Of a DNA stretch of 64,000 nt, positions 11,890 through 23,071 are shown piece by piece. The position numbers and the translations under genes were made by a program. The notes below the pieces were generated by a model that saw only the letters and a list, made by a program, of their open reading frames with translations, was not told the origin of the DNA and searched no databases. Positions within the stretch are counted from its first letter, which is position 1, and every line of letters starts with the position of its first letter. Source of the DNA: Macrostomum hystrix (taxonomy: Eukaryota > Animalia > Platyhelminthes). The stretch is from the NCBI GenBank assembly GCA_950097015.1, contig CATNEN010000034.1, forward strand, positions 2,666,001-2,730,000, read 5' to 3'.

Positions 11890-13075
11890 GATATGATGGG
11901 AAGTAGGATGAGGGATAACAAAGGTGAGATGATGTGGGATATCAAAGGTGAGAGGATGAGGGATATCATAGGTGAGGGGATGAGGGATATCATAGGTGAC
12001 AGGATGAGGGATATCATAGGTAAGAGGATGAGGGATATCATAGGTGAGAGGATGAGGGATAAGGTGACAGGATGAGGGATATCATAGGTGAGAGGATGAG
12101 AGATATGATGGGTGAGAGGATGAGGGATATCATTGGTGAGAGGATGAGGGATATCATAGGTGAGAGGATGAGGGATAAGGTGACAGGATGAGGGATATCA
12201 TAGCTGAGAGGATGAGGGATAAGGTGACAGGATGAGGGATATCATAGCTGAGAGGATGAGGGATAAGGTGACAGGATGAGGGATATCATAGCTGAGAGGA
12301 TGAGGGATAAGGTGACAGGATGAGGGATATCATAGGTGAGAGGATGAGGGATATCATAGGTGAGAGGATGAGGGATATCATAGGTGAGAGGATGAGGGAT
12401 AAGGTGACAGGATGAGGGATATCATAGGTGAGAGGATGAGAGATATGATGGGTGAGAGGATGAGGGATATCATTGGTGAGAGGATGAGGGATATCATAGG
12501 TGAGAGGATGAGGGATATCATAGGTGAGAGGATGAGGGATAAGGTGACAGGATGAGGGATATCATAGCTGAGAGGATGAGGGATAAGGTGACAGGATGAG
12601 GGATATCATAGCTGAGAGGATGAGGGATAAGGTGACAGGATGAGGGATATCATAGCTGAGAGGATGAGGGATAAGGTGACAGGATGAGGGATATCATAGG
12701 TGAGAGGATGAGGGATATCATAGGTGAGAGGATGAGGGATATCATAGGTGAGAGGATGAGGGATATCATAGGTGACAGGACGAGAGATATGATGGGTGAG
12801 AGGATGAGGGATATCATAGGTGAGAGGATGAGGGATAAGGTGACAGGATGAGGGATATCATAGGTGAGAGGATGAGGGATATCATAGGTGAGAGGATGAG
12901 GGATATCATAGGTGAGAGGATGAGGGATATCATAGGTGACAGGACGAGAGATATGATGGGTGAGAGGATGAGGGATATCATAACTGACAGGATGGGGATA
13001 TCATAGGTGACAGGATGAGAGATATGATGGGTGAGAGGATGAGGGATATCATAGTTGAGAGGATGAGGGATATCG
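11890..13075. repeat. 24-bp minisatellite with shorter variant units
   Basis: gagaggatgagggatatcataggt. Confidence 0.95.
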
Positions 13076-13854
13076 AATAAGGGACAGAATAAGTGACAGA
13101 AGAGAAAATGAAAGACTGGATGAGTCAACATGAGTCTGACATGAGAATATCAGAGAAAGTGAATGATTAGACGTGGGTGTCAGTGAGTGGGGGTGGAGAT
13201 ACTGGAAGGCTCTAAAAGATTTCCCTAAATAGTGAAGACGAGTTGAATGACAGGTCAGGCACAGGTCAGGCACAGGTCAGGCACAGGTCAGGCACAGTAG
13301 TGGGGGTTATGCTCAAACGAACTTAGTTGAGTATGTGGTAGATTAGCAGAAAAGCAATTTCAATTCAGTAAGTGCCTGGAAAAGCTAATTTCTGAGTATT
13401 CAATAAACTGAATAGATTCTAGAACCATCCGCACAAATTAAACCTTCGAGCGTATTTTTTATTTCAAATCCTGGTCAACAAAATCTTTTCTTCGGGCACT
13501 TTTATAGAGACATATGGGATTAATGAGTGGGATTTGGGAAGACAGAAAGAGCTCGATAAGGGGTGCGGATGCGTTGAAAGTAGAGATGTAGATTGAGTTC
13601 ATCCGGACACTCCAGGTGAGTGCACTCCAGAAAGCGAAGTCAATTTGCTTTCGGTCCCGAATAAGGGATTAACGATGCTGGAAGTCTCCTGGTTGAAGTT
13701 CCCCTAAATTTTACCAAAAAGCCTGATTTAGTAAAAAACCTGCGACGTGGCTGGCGTCTAATAAATACGACTGGGCTTGTGTTAACCTTTAGCGATCAAC
13801 TGGACTCAAGATAGCTATGATAGAATCAGCATTTTTCAGTAGTGTCTAAAACTA

Positions 13855-15070
13855 GAACTAGAATCGAAGCTAAATTTAGAATCGAAGCGAAATGTAGAAT
13901 CGAAGCTAGAATCGAAGTTAGAATTGAAGCTAAATTTAGAATCGAAGCAAAATGTAGAATCGAAGCTAGAATCGAAGCTAAATGTAGAATGGAAGCTAGA
14001 ATCGAAGCTAAATGTAGAATCGAAGCTAGAATCGAAGTTAGAATCGAAGCTAAATTTAGAATCGAAGCGAAATGTAGAATCGAAGCTAGAATCGAAGTTA
14101 GAATCGAAGCTAAATTTAGAATCGAAGCGAAATGTAGAATCGAAGCTAGAATCGAAGCTAAATGTAGAATCGAAGCTAAATTTAGAATCGAAGCTAGAAT
14201 CGAAGCTAAATTTAGAATCGAAGCTAGAATCAAAAAAAAATCTATAGAATCGAAGCTAGAATCGAAGCTAAATGTAGAATCGAAGCTAGAATCGAAGCTA
14301 AATGTAGAATCGAAGCTAAATGTAGAATCGAAGCTAAATGTAGAATCGAAGCTAGAATCCAAACTAAATGTAGAATCGCAGCTAGAATCGAAGCTAAATG
14401 TAGAATCGAAGCTAGAATCGAAGCTAAATGTAGAATCGAAGCTAGAATCGAAGCTAAATGTAGAATCGAAGCTAAATGTAGAATCGAAGCTAGAATCGAA
14501 GCTAAATGTAGAATCGAACTTAGAATCGAAGCTAAATTTAGAATCGAAGCTAGAATCGAAGCTAAATGTAGAATCGAACTTAGAATCGAAGCTAAATGTA
14601 GAATCGAAGCTAAATCTATAGAATCGAAGCTAGAATCGAAGCTAAATGTCGAATCGAAGCTAGAATCGAAGCTAAATTTAGAATCGAAGCTAGAATCGAA
14701 GCTAAATCTCTAGAATCGAAGCTAGAATCGAAGCTAAATGTAGAATCGAAGCTAGAATCGAAGCTAAATGTAGAATCGAAGCTAGAATCGAAGCTAAATG
14801 TAGAATCGAAGCTAGAATCGAAGCTAAATGTAGAATCGAAGCTAAATGTAGAATCGAAGCTAGAATCCAAACTAAATGTAGAATCGCAGCTAGAATCGAA
14901 GCTAAATGTAGAATCGAAGCTAGAATCGAAGCTAAATGTAGAATCGTAGCTAGAATCGAAGCTAAATGTAGAATCGAAGCTAAATGTAGAATCGAAGCTA
15001 GAATCGAAACTAAATGTAGAATCGAAGCTAGAATCGAAACTAAATGTAGAATCGAAGCTAGAATCGAAGC
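13855..15070. repeat. 12/18-bp composite minisatellite
   Basis: tagaatcgaagc alternating with taaatg. Confidence 0.95.
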
Positions 15071-15739
15071 GAGAATCATATGTGAAATAGAATCACTCAC
15101 CCGATTTCAAAAGCATCCATCACAGTGTCAGTTATTAGCACAAACTAAACGGTTCTTGGTATCTATCACAATTTTAAATTTTCAAATCAGCAATTTTTAT
15201 GATTTCATGAAAGGCCTTTTATGAGCAATGACCAAAAGCTGTATCCTGAAATCTGATTGGCTATTATCAGCTAAACCAATGCCAGGTAGGACGGGAAAAA
15301 CCTTATCAATTTGCCTAACTGTCTACTTCAAGTAGGTTTCTGCGTGGTAGTTTACGGAACAGTGCACCGTTTCCGAGAAACTATTAGCTAAGCCTGAGAA
15401 CACAGATAGGGACTAATGAGTTGTTGTGACGTCATTCAGTGCCGCAATGACCCGAAGATCTTATAAAAGCTCCTGTTATTTACGTTCTGCGTGTTTTCAT
15501 GTTTTTTGACACAAAAAGCGTAGAATAGCAATGCAATCCAAATAAAATCAACTGAAAAAGTTGTCACCCTTATTTGAGATGCACCAGAGATAATAATAAA
15601 GCTGCGCCCGCCAGGCTTGAGTAGATAGGACTCATCATAATGCCAAATATTGAAACACCTGTTCTCTTTACTGCATTTCTTACTTAGCAAAATAGAATGG
15701 TAAACAACAAATGGCTTGCAGGTACGCTTCTAAAAAAAT

Positions 15740-17625
15740 GAAGCACATTCGCTGTGCTCACACTAAACTGTCTGTCACGTGTTTCTAGGAATTGAAGCAC
15801 ATTCGCTGTGCTCACACTAAACTGTCTGTCACGTGATTCTAGGAATTGAAGCACATTCGCTGTGCTCACACTAAACTGTCTGTCACGTGATTCTAGGAAT
15901 TGAAGCACATTCGCTGTGCTCACACTAAACTGTCTGTCACGTGATTCTAGGAATTGAAGCACATTCGCTGTGCTCACACTAAACTGTCTGTCACGTGATT
16001 CTAGGAATTGAAGAACATTCGCTGTGCTCACACTAAACTGTCTGTCACGTGATTCTAGGAATAGAAGCACATTCGCTGTGCTCACACTAAACTGTCTGTC
16101 ACGTGATTCTAGGAATTGAAGCACATTCGCTGTGCTCACACTAAACTGTCTGTCACGTGATTCTAGGAATTGAAGCACATTCGCTGTGCTCACACTAAAC
16201 TGTCTGTCACGTGATTCTAGGAATTGAAGCACATTCGCTGTGCTCACACTAAACTGTCTGTCACGTGATTCTAGGAATTGAAGCACATTAGCTGTGCTCA
16301 CACTAAACTGTCTGTCACGTGATTCTAGGAATTGAAGCACATTCGCTGTGCTCACACTAAACTGTCTGTCACGTGATTCTAGGAATTGAAGCACATTCGC
16401 TGTGCTCACACTAAACTGTCTGTCACGTGATTCTAGGAATTGAAGCACATTCGCTGTGCTCACACTAAACTGTCTGTCACGTGATTCTAGGAATTGAAGC
16501 ACATTCGCTGTGCTCACACTAAACTGTCTGTCACGTGATTCTAGGAATTGAAGCACATTCGCTGTGCTCACACTAAACTGTCTGTCACGTGATTCTAGGA
16601 ATTGAAGCACATTCGCTGTGCTCACACTAAACTGTCTGTCACGTGATTCTAGGAATTGAAGCACATTCGCTGTGCTCACACTAAACTGTCTGTCACGTGA
16701 TTCTAGGAATTGAAGCACATTCGCTGTGCTCACACTAAACTGTCTGTCACGTGATTCTAGGAATTGAAGCACATTCGCTGTGCTCACACTAAACTGTCTG
16801 TCACGTGTTTCTAGGAATTGAAGCACATTCGCTGTGCTCACACTAAACTGTCTGTCACGTGTTTCTAGGAATTGAAGCACATTCGCTGTGCTCACACTAA
16901 ACTGTCTGTCACGTGTTTCTAGGAATTGAAGCACATTCGCTGTGCTCACACTAAACTGTCTGTCACGTGTTTCTAGGAATTGAAGCACATTCGCTGTGCT
17001 CACACTAAACTGTCTGTCACGTGATTCTAGGAATTGAAGCACATTAGCTGTGCTCACACTAAACTGTCTGTCACGTGATTCTAGGAATTGAAGCACATTC
17101 GCTGTGCTCACACTAAACTGTCTGTCACGTGATACTAGGAATTGAAGCACATTCGCTGTGCTCACACTAAACTGTCTGTCACGTGATTCTAGGAATTGAA
17201 GCACATTCGCTGTGCTCACACTAAACTGTCTGTCACGTGTTTCTAGGAATTGAAGCACATTCGCTGTGCTCACACTAAACTGTCTGTCACGTGTTTCTAG
17301 GAATTGAAGCACATTCGCTGTGCTCACACTAAACTGTCTGTCACGTGATTCTAGGAATTGAAGCACATTCGCTGTGCTCACACTAAACTGTCTGTCACGT
17401 GATTCTAGGAATTGAAGCACATTCGCTGTGCTCACACTAAACTGTCTGTCACGTGTTTCTAGGAATTGAAGCACATTCGCTGTGCTCACACTAAACTGTC
17501 TGTCACGTGTTTCTAGGAATTGAAGAACATTCGCTGTGCTCACACTAAACTGTCTGTCACGTGTTTCTAGGAATTGAAGCACATTCGCTGTGCTCACACT
17601 AAACTGTCTCACATGTTTCTAGGAA
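15740..17625. repeat. 54-bp highly homogeneous minisatellite (~35 copies)
   Basis: ctaggaattgaagcacattcgctgtgctcacactaaactgtctgtcacgtgatt; explains the 642-aa ORF. Confidence 0.97.
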
Positions 17626-18039
17626 TTGAATTGAATCCACCGGGCTTTGAAAATACTCCGCACTATTTGAAAGCAGGCCAAAGGACCGTGCATGTTTAGA
17701 CGGCACTAAACTATCGATTGAGTTATTTCTTAGACACACCCAAAAACGGAAATGCAGCAGAAATCTCTTTTCTTACAATAATATTCTTACAAGAAAGTTT
17801 TACGATAATATCTGCGCGTTTGTGTACGAGCCGTAATAAGAATGGATCGTATTAAGTTTTCCGCCTGCAACTCAGTGGTTGAAAATGAAGCCTAGCTGCT
17901 TTATTCGGTATAATTAAAAGACTCATGTTAGTTCGTCTGGTCAGAAACACTTTTAATTTCAGCAACAATTCGGTAACTGTTGTGTTAAATACAAGACAGA
18001 AAGCACTGAAGGGGTTGGGAATTTGGTAGGATGGCTTAC

Positions 18040-19115
18040 AGACAGACACCCAGAACAGACAGACACCCAGAACAGACAGACACCCAGAACAGACAGACAC
18101 CCAGAACAGACAGACATCCAGAACAGACAGACACCCAGAACAAACAGACACCCAGAACAGACAGACACCCAGAACAGACAGACACCCAGAACAGACAGAC
18201 ACCCAGAACAGACAGACACCCAGAACAGACAGACACCCAGAACAGACAGACATCCAGAACAGACAGACATCCAGAACAGACAGACACCCAGAACAGACAC
18301 CCAGAACAGACAGACATCCAGAACAGACAGACATCCAGAACAGACAGACACCCAGAACAGACAGACACCCAAAACAGACAGACATCCAGAACAGACAGAC
18401 ATCCAGAACAGACAGACATCCAGAACAGACAGACATCCAGAACAGACAGACAGACATCCAGAACAGACAGACACCCAGAACAGACAGACACCCAGAACAG
18501 ACAGACACCCAGAACAGACAGACATCCAGAACAGACAGACATCCAGAACAGACAGACACCCAGAACAGACACCCAGAACAGACAGACATCCAGAACAGAC
18601 AGACATCCAGAACAGACAGACACCCAGAACAGACAGACACCCAAAACAGACAGACATCCAGAACAGACAGACATCCAGAACAGACAGACATCCAGAACAG
18701 ACAGACATCCAGAACAGACAGACAGACATCCAGAACAGACAGACACCCAGAACAGACAGACAGACATCCAGAACAGACAGACATCCAGAACAGACAGACA
18801 TCCAGAACAGACAGACATCCAGAACAGACAGACAGACATCCAGAACAGACAGACACCCAGAACAGACAGACACCCAGAACAGACAGACACCCAGAACAGA
18901 CAGACATCCAGAACAGACAGACATCCAGAACAGACAGACACCCAGAACAGACAGACAGACATCCAGAACAGACAGACAGACATCCAGAACAGACAGACAG
19001 ACATCCAGAACAGACAGACAGACATCCAGAACAGACAGACAGACATCCAGAATTGACAGAGACAGACAGACAGACAGACATCCAGAATTGACAGACAGAC
19101 AGACAGACAGACACC
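18040..19115. repeat. 17-bp minisatellite built on CAGA
   Basis: cagaacagacagacacc and variants. Confidence 0.95.
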
Positions 19116-19183
19116 CATAACAGACAGTTGTACACAAAACAGGGCAAAAGCGTGAATGTGGTTTCACTGCAGTGGCTATTTCC

Positions 19184-19465
19184 TCAAACCCTTGTTGTCA
19201 TGACAGCAGCTGAAGCGGGCTGCACTGGCTGGAAGGAGTCGCACCGCCGGCAATACTCATATTCATCCTCGCTCCAGATGACCTCAACCTCGCTCAGGTC
19301 GGCCGTGGACACCCGACCGCTGTCGCGTTGCTGGCGATCGCCGACCTCGTGCAGATCAGCCTGCAGGCAGCAGCGAAAAGCGGCGTAGAGAACAGCCAAT
19401 GCGGCTATCAGGGCGAGGGTCAGGGCGACCAGTTTGTCGCCAGGAAATATGAACCAATTGGACAT
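19184..19465 (-). CDS. Small orphan single-pass membrane protein (~93 aa)
   Basis: GC-rich non-repetitive ORF MSNWFIFPGDKLVALTLALIAALAVLYAAFRCCLQ..., with a hydrophobic helix followed by RCC and an acidic tail. No homology recognised. Confidence 0.5.
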   Translation of the reverse strand: MSNWFIFPGDKLVALTLALIAALAVLYAAFRCCLQADLHEVGDRQQRDSGRVSTADLSEVEVIWSEDEYEYCRRCDSFQPVQPASAAVMTTRV

Positions 19466-19896
19466 TGTTTCGAAGATGACAATCGTTCGCAATAGAATGC
19501 TCTGGTTAGAAAATTGCACCAATATCATCAGACTGATTCAACATTAATAACAATTTCGTATTTCCCCCTACCAGGCATTAGCTATTGGATGACTGTGATT
19601 GGATGAATATGTTGAAAGGCGACACTAGAAGATGTGGTATATTACACAGGCTTTTTTTAACAATTTCATTGTAAACTCCTTTAGAAGCTACAGCAATGTG
19701 TTCGTCTATATCTATATCAGATATATCTACATCAGATATAGACATGTCAACAATATCTGATTTTCGCAATTCGTCACAGAAGCCTAGATTGTCGATTGAA
19801 ACTACGTGCGTATTTTAATTTGGTGTCAAATATTTCGGGGCAACGATGCTGTGATAGATTAAAATTAGAATGGACGCTTTTTTCAGAATTGGTTCA

Positions 19897-20700
19897 TTTT
19901 TGGAACTGATGCTATTTCTAGAACTGATGCTATTTTTAGAACTGATGCTATTTTTGGAACTGATTACAACTGTAGAACTGATGCTATTTTTGTGAGCTTT
20001 TTTCCTTCTTTTTGTTAATCATCATTGCCCCGTCCCGTCTCAAGTGTGGTCGATAGCGGCCTGTGCCCTACCGATCCGTCTGGCCCTCACCCCTCCCCAA
20101 TTCGGTTCTCCACCCGGCTTGTTTCCGGTAGTCCGGAGATCTCTGATTGGTTAAAGCTTTTCTCTCGCCCTCACCCTGCCACACCTGCCTGCCCACCCAC
20201 CCTCAGTCCTGCGGACTACAACCCCTTTATCCTCTTTCCAATGCGGCTGACGCAAACCGGTTTTGCGTGGCCGGGTCGGCGCTTGATTGGTCAGCCCTGT
20301 CCCGCATTTCTCTCTCTCCTCCCCGTCTTAGGAGTCGTTTTGCCCCAGCGGCCACCCTCCGTCTCATGCATGTTATTATTATTCACTGTTGATTTACAAC
20401 CTCGCTCACAGGGCTTCGCTCATGCTTCTGTTTATTGGAAAAAGAGTACCCGTACGCTTTTTGTCTATTGTTTCTCACTAGATCCCGTTATTGTCTTAAC
20501 GCCTCGACGGTCGCCTAGCTGTTGCTTTTTTAGAACTGATAGCATTTTTATAGTCGATGCTATTTTTAGAACATATACTTATTTTTAGAACAGATACTAT
20601 TTTTAGAACTAGTGCTATTTTTAGAACATATAATATTTCTAGAACAGATACTATTTTTAGAACAGATACTATTTTTAGAACTAGTGCTATTTTTGAACAG
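19897..20700. repeat. 18-bp degenerate minisatellite interrupted by a ~535-bp insertion
   Basis: tttttagaactgatgcta units at 19897-19990 and 20526-20700. Confidence 0.8.
19991..20525. mobile_element. Unclassified GC-richer insertion (possible solo LTR)
   Basis: Splits an array; tgtgagc (19991) / gctcaca (20404-20410) inverted ends; CCAAT boxes; no TSD found. Confidence 0.3.
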
Positions 20701-21419
20701 CAGGTATTTTTAGAAGCCGCTAAGAGTGGAAAATTGTGCGATTCACTCATAAAAGTATTTAGTCAACAAATATAAGAACAACATATATTAAACTGAGTTG
20801 ATCTTGCCAGCAATGATAAGAAAACAGGTGATATTTTTATATTAGCGCATGTGCACATGTATAAAAAATATTAGATACAAAAGCTAAAATTTTAGACAAA
20901 TACAGACACACGCATACTAAAGAAGGCTGGCGGAGGCCGACAGAAAAAATGCAGCCGAGAACGAAAATAGCTAATAAGATAAGCGCAAAACACTATGCAA
21001 CTACATTTTCCGATTATAGGATTCGTTTCAGTAGTTAGTCTCGCAAAAATAGGCAAAGTTATTTCTTAGAATTGCGAATATTTTAAACATTTTAAGTGAC
21101 ACAATCATGGTCAAGGCCACGTCAAAGCTCGTCATGATGTAATTGGTGTAAGCCTAGGTTAACTGTAAGCCTAAGGCACAGTTAATAGGTTTAGAGTGAC
21201 TAATAAAAGCATCAGCAATAACACTGTACTAGCCATGTAATTCACTGGTCGGTTAATAAGATAGGCGTTCAGTAAAAACTATTGGCAACATAATTTACAT
21301 GATCAAGACACTTCATCCCATATGGTTACAGCAAAACCTAGCACTGGATGAACGCAATTCTGTTAGACAAACACATGCGACAAAGAATTACTCCAGATTT
21401 CTAAATCTCACTTCCTAAC

Positions 21420-21770
21420 ACACCAGATCCGAAATCTCACCTCGTCTAATACACCAGATCTGAAATCTCACCTCGCCTAATACACCAGATCTGAAATCTC
21501 ACCTCGTCTAATACACCAGATCTGAAATCTCACCTCGTCTAATACACTAGATCCGAAATCTCATCCCTACCATTACACTAGACCCGAAATCTCATCCCTA
21601 CCATTACACTAGATCCGAAATCTCATCCCTACCATTACACTACATCCGAAATCTCATCCCTACCATTAAACTAGACCCGAAATCTCATCCCTACCATTAT
21701 ACTAGACCCGAAATCTCATCCCTACCATTATACTAGACCCGAAATCTCATCCCTACTAATACGGCAGATC
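21420..21770. repeat. ~31-bp minisatellite
   Basis: accagatctgaaatctcacctcgtctaatac grading into ctagatccgaaatctcatccctaccattaca. Confidence 0.9.
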
Positions 21771-22289
21771 CTAAATGAGATCCGGCATTGTAAATTCCAT
21801 ATAAGTATACTAAGTACTAAGCCATCAGAGTTATAAAATGAAAAGCACTTGAAACTAACAGGTGAAAAAAGTGAAAAGTCCTGTTTGAACAGAAAATAAA
21901 TAAATATTAAATTACATACCAAAGAGTGCAATCTAAGTGTTATGACTAGGCTGCAAAAACAAGTTCATGTGCAGATGCTATAAAATAATCAAATGACTAG
22001 TAGCACAGACGTATAGAACTGAATAGAATTTAGGTGTCATGCACCACTCCGATAGCATAACTGGCATAACTGAGTGAAATTCAAACGATAAGACACGCAT
22101 TTTAGAATTAAATAGAATTATTTACTCAGGTGAACAATAGACTGGGCAATGGCAAATATTGTTATACAAAAAATATAATTTGCTTTATATGCTACACGAA
22201 CACACGTAAGTGTAACAATATTCATACAAGATTTCTTATGGCGGAGAATCGAGAAGAATTTTACTGTTTACAAATGGTTACTCAGAGCC

Positions 22290-22900
22290 TACCGGTTGCC
22301 TAACAACAGTATTAAGAGACTGGTTACTAATCGAACCTGGTTGCCTAGCAACAGTATTAAGAGACTGGTTACTAATCGAACCTGGTTGCCTAGCAACAGG
22401 AATATGAGACCGGAAACTAATCTAATCCTTGTCGCCTAGCAACAGGAATAGGAGACCGGTAACTAATCTAATCCTTGTCCCCTAGCAACAGGAATAAGAG
22501 ACCGGAAACTAATCTAATCCTTGTCGCCTAGCAACAGGAATAGGAGACCGGTAACTAATCTAATCCTTGTCCCCTAGCAACAGGAATAAGAGACCGGAAA
22601 CTAATCTAATCCTTGTCGCCTAGCAACAGGAATAGGAGACCGGTAACTAATCTAATCCTTGTCCCCTAGCAACAGGAATAAGAGACCGGAAACTAATCTA
22701 ATCCTTGTCGCCTAGCAACAGGAATAGGAGACCGGTAACTAATCTAATCCTTGTCCCCTAGCAACAGGAATAAGAGACCGGAAACTAATCTAATCCTTGT
22801 CGCCTAGCAACAGGAATAGGAGACCGGTAACTAATCTAATCCTGGTTGCCTAGCAACAGGAGTAAAAAACTGCTTATTAATCTATTCCCGGTTGCCTAGC
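22290..22900. repeat. 46-bp minisatellite with A/B alternation
   Basis: ctagcaacaggaataggagaccggtaactaatctaatccttgtccc alternating with the aag/gaa/gtcg variant. Confidence 0.93.
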
Positions 22901-23071
22901 GACACTAATTCATTTAGTAGCCAGCCACGAGCGGTTCCCTTGGAAAAAAGGCACTGAAGCAGTAAACCAACAAAATCATGAAGTGACCCTAGCTAGACCT
23001 AAATAAACAAGAAAGCCATGCCAATAACACAGAATCGAACAGCTCAGACTCCGGCTACTAGGATTCAGGAC

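Noticed and set aside
15684-17612. 642-aa ORF and other long repetitive ORFs (5.5-6.1, 10.5-11.4, 13.8-15.1, 17.9-19.2, 23.5-24.8, 27.3-28.9, 29.7-30.2, 37.2-38.3, 44.8-46.6, 51.3-52.3, 55.4-57.5 kb)
   Set aside because: They are stop-free frames of tandem units, often open in several frames and on both strands, mostly inside introns of real genes, with no unique coding flanks.
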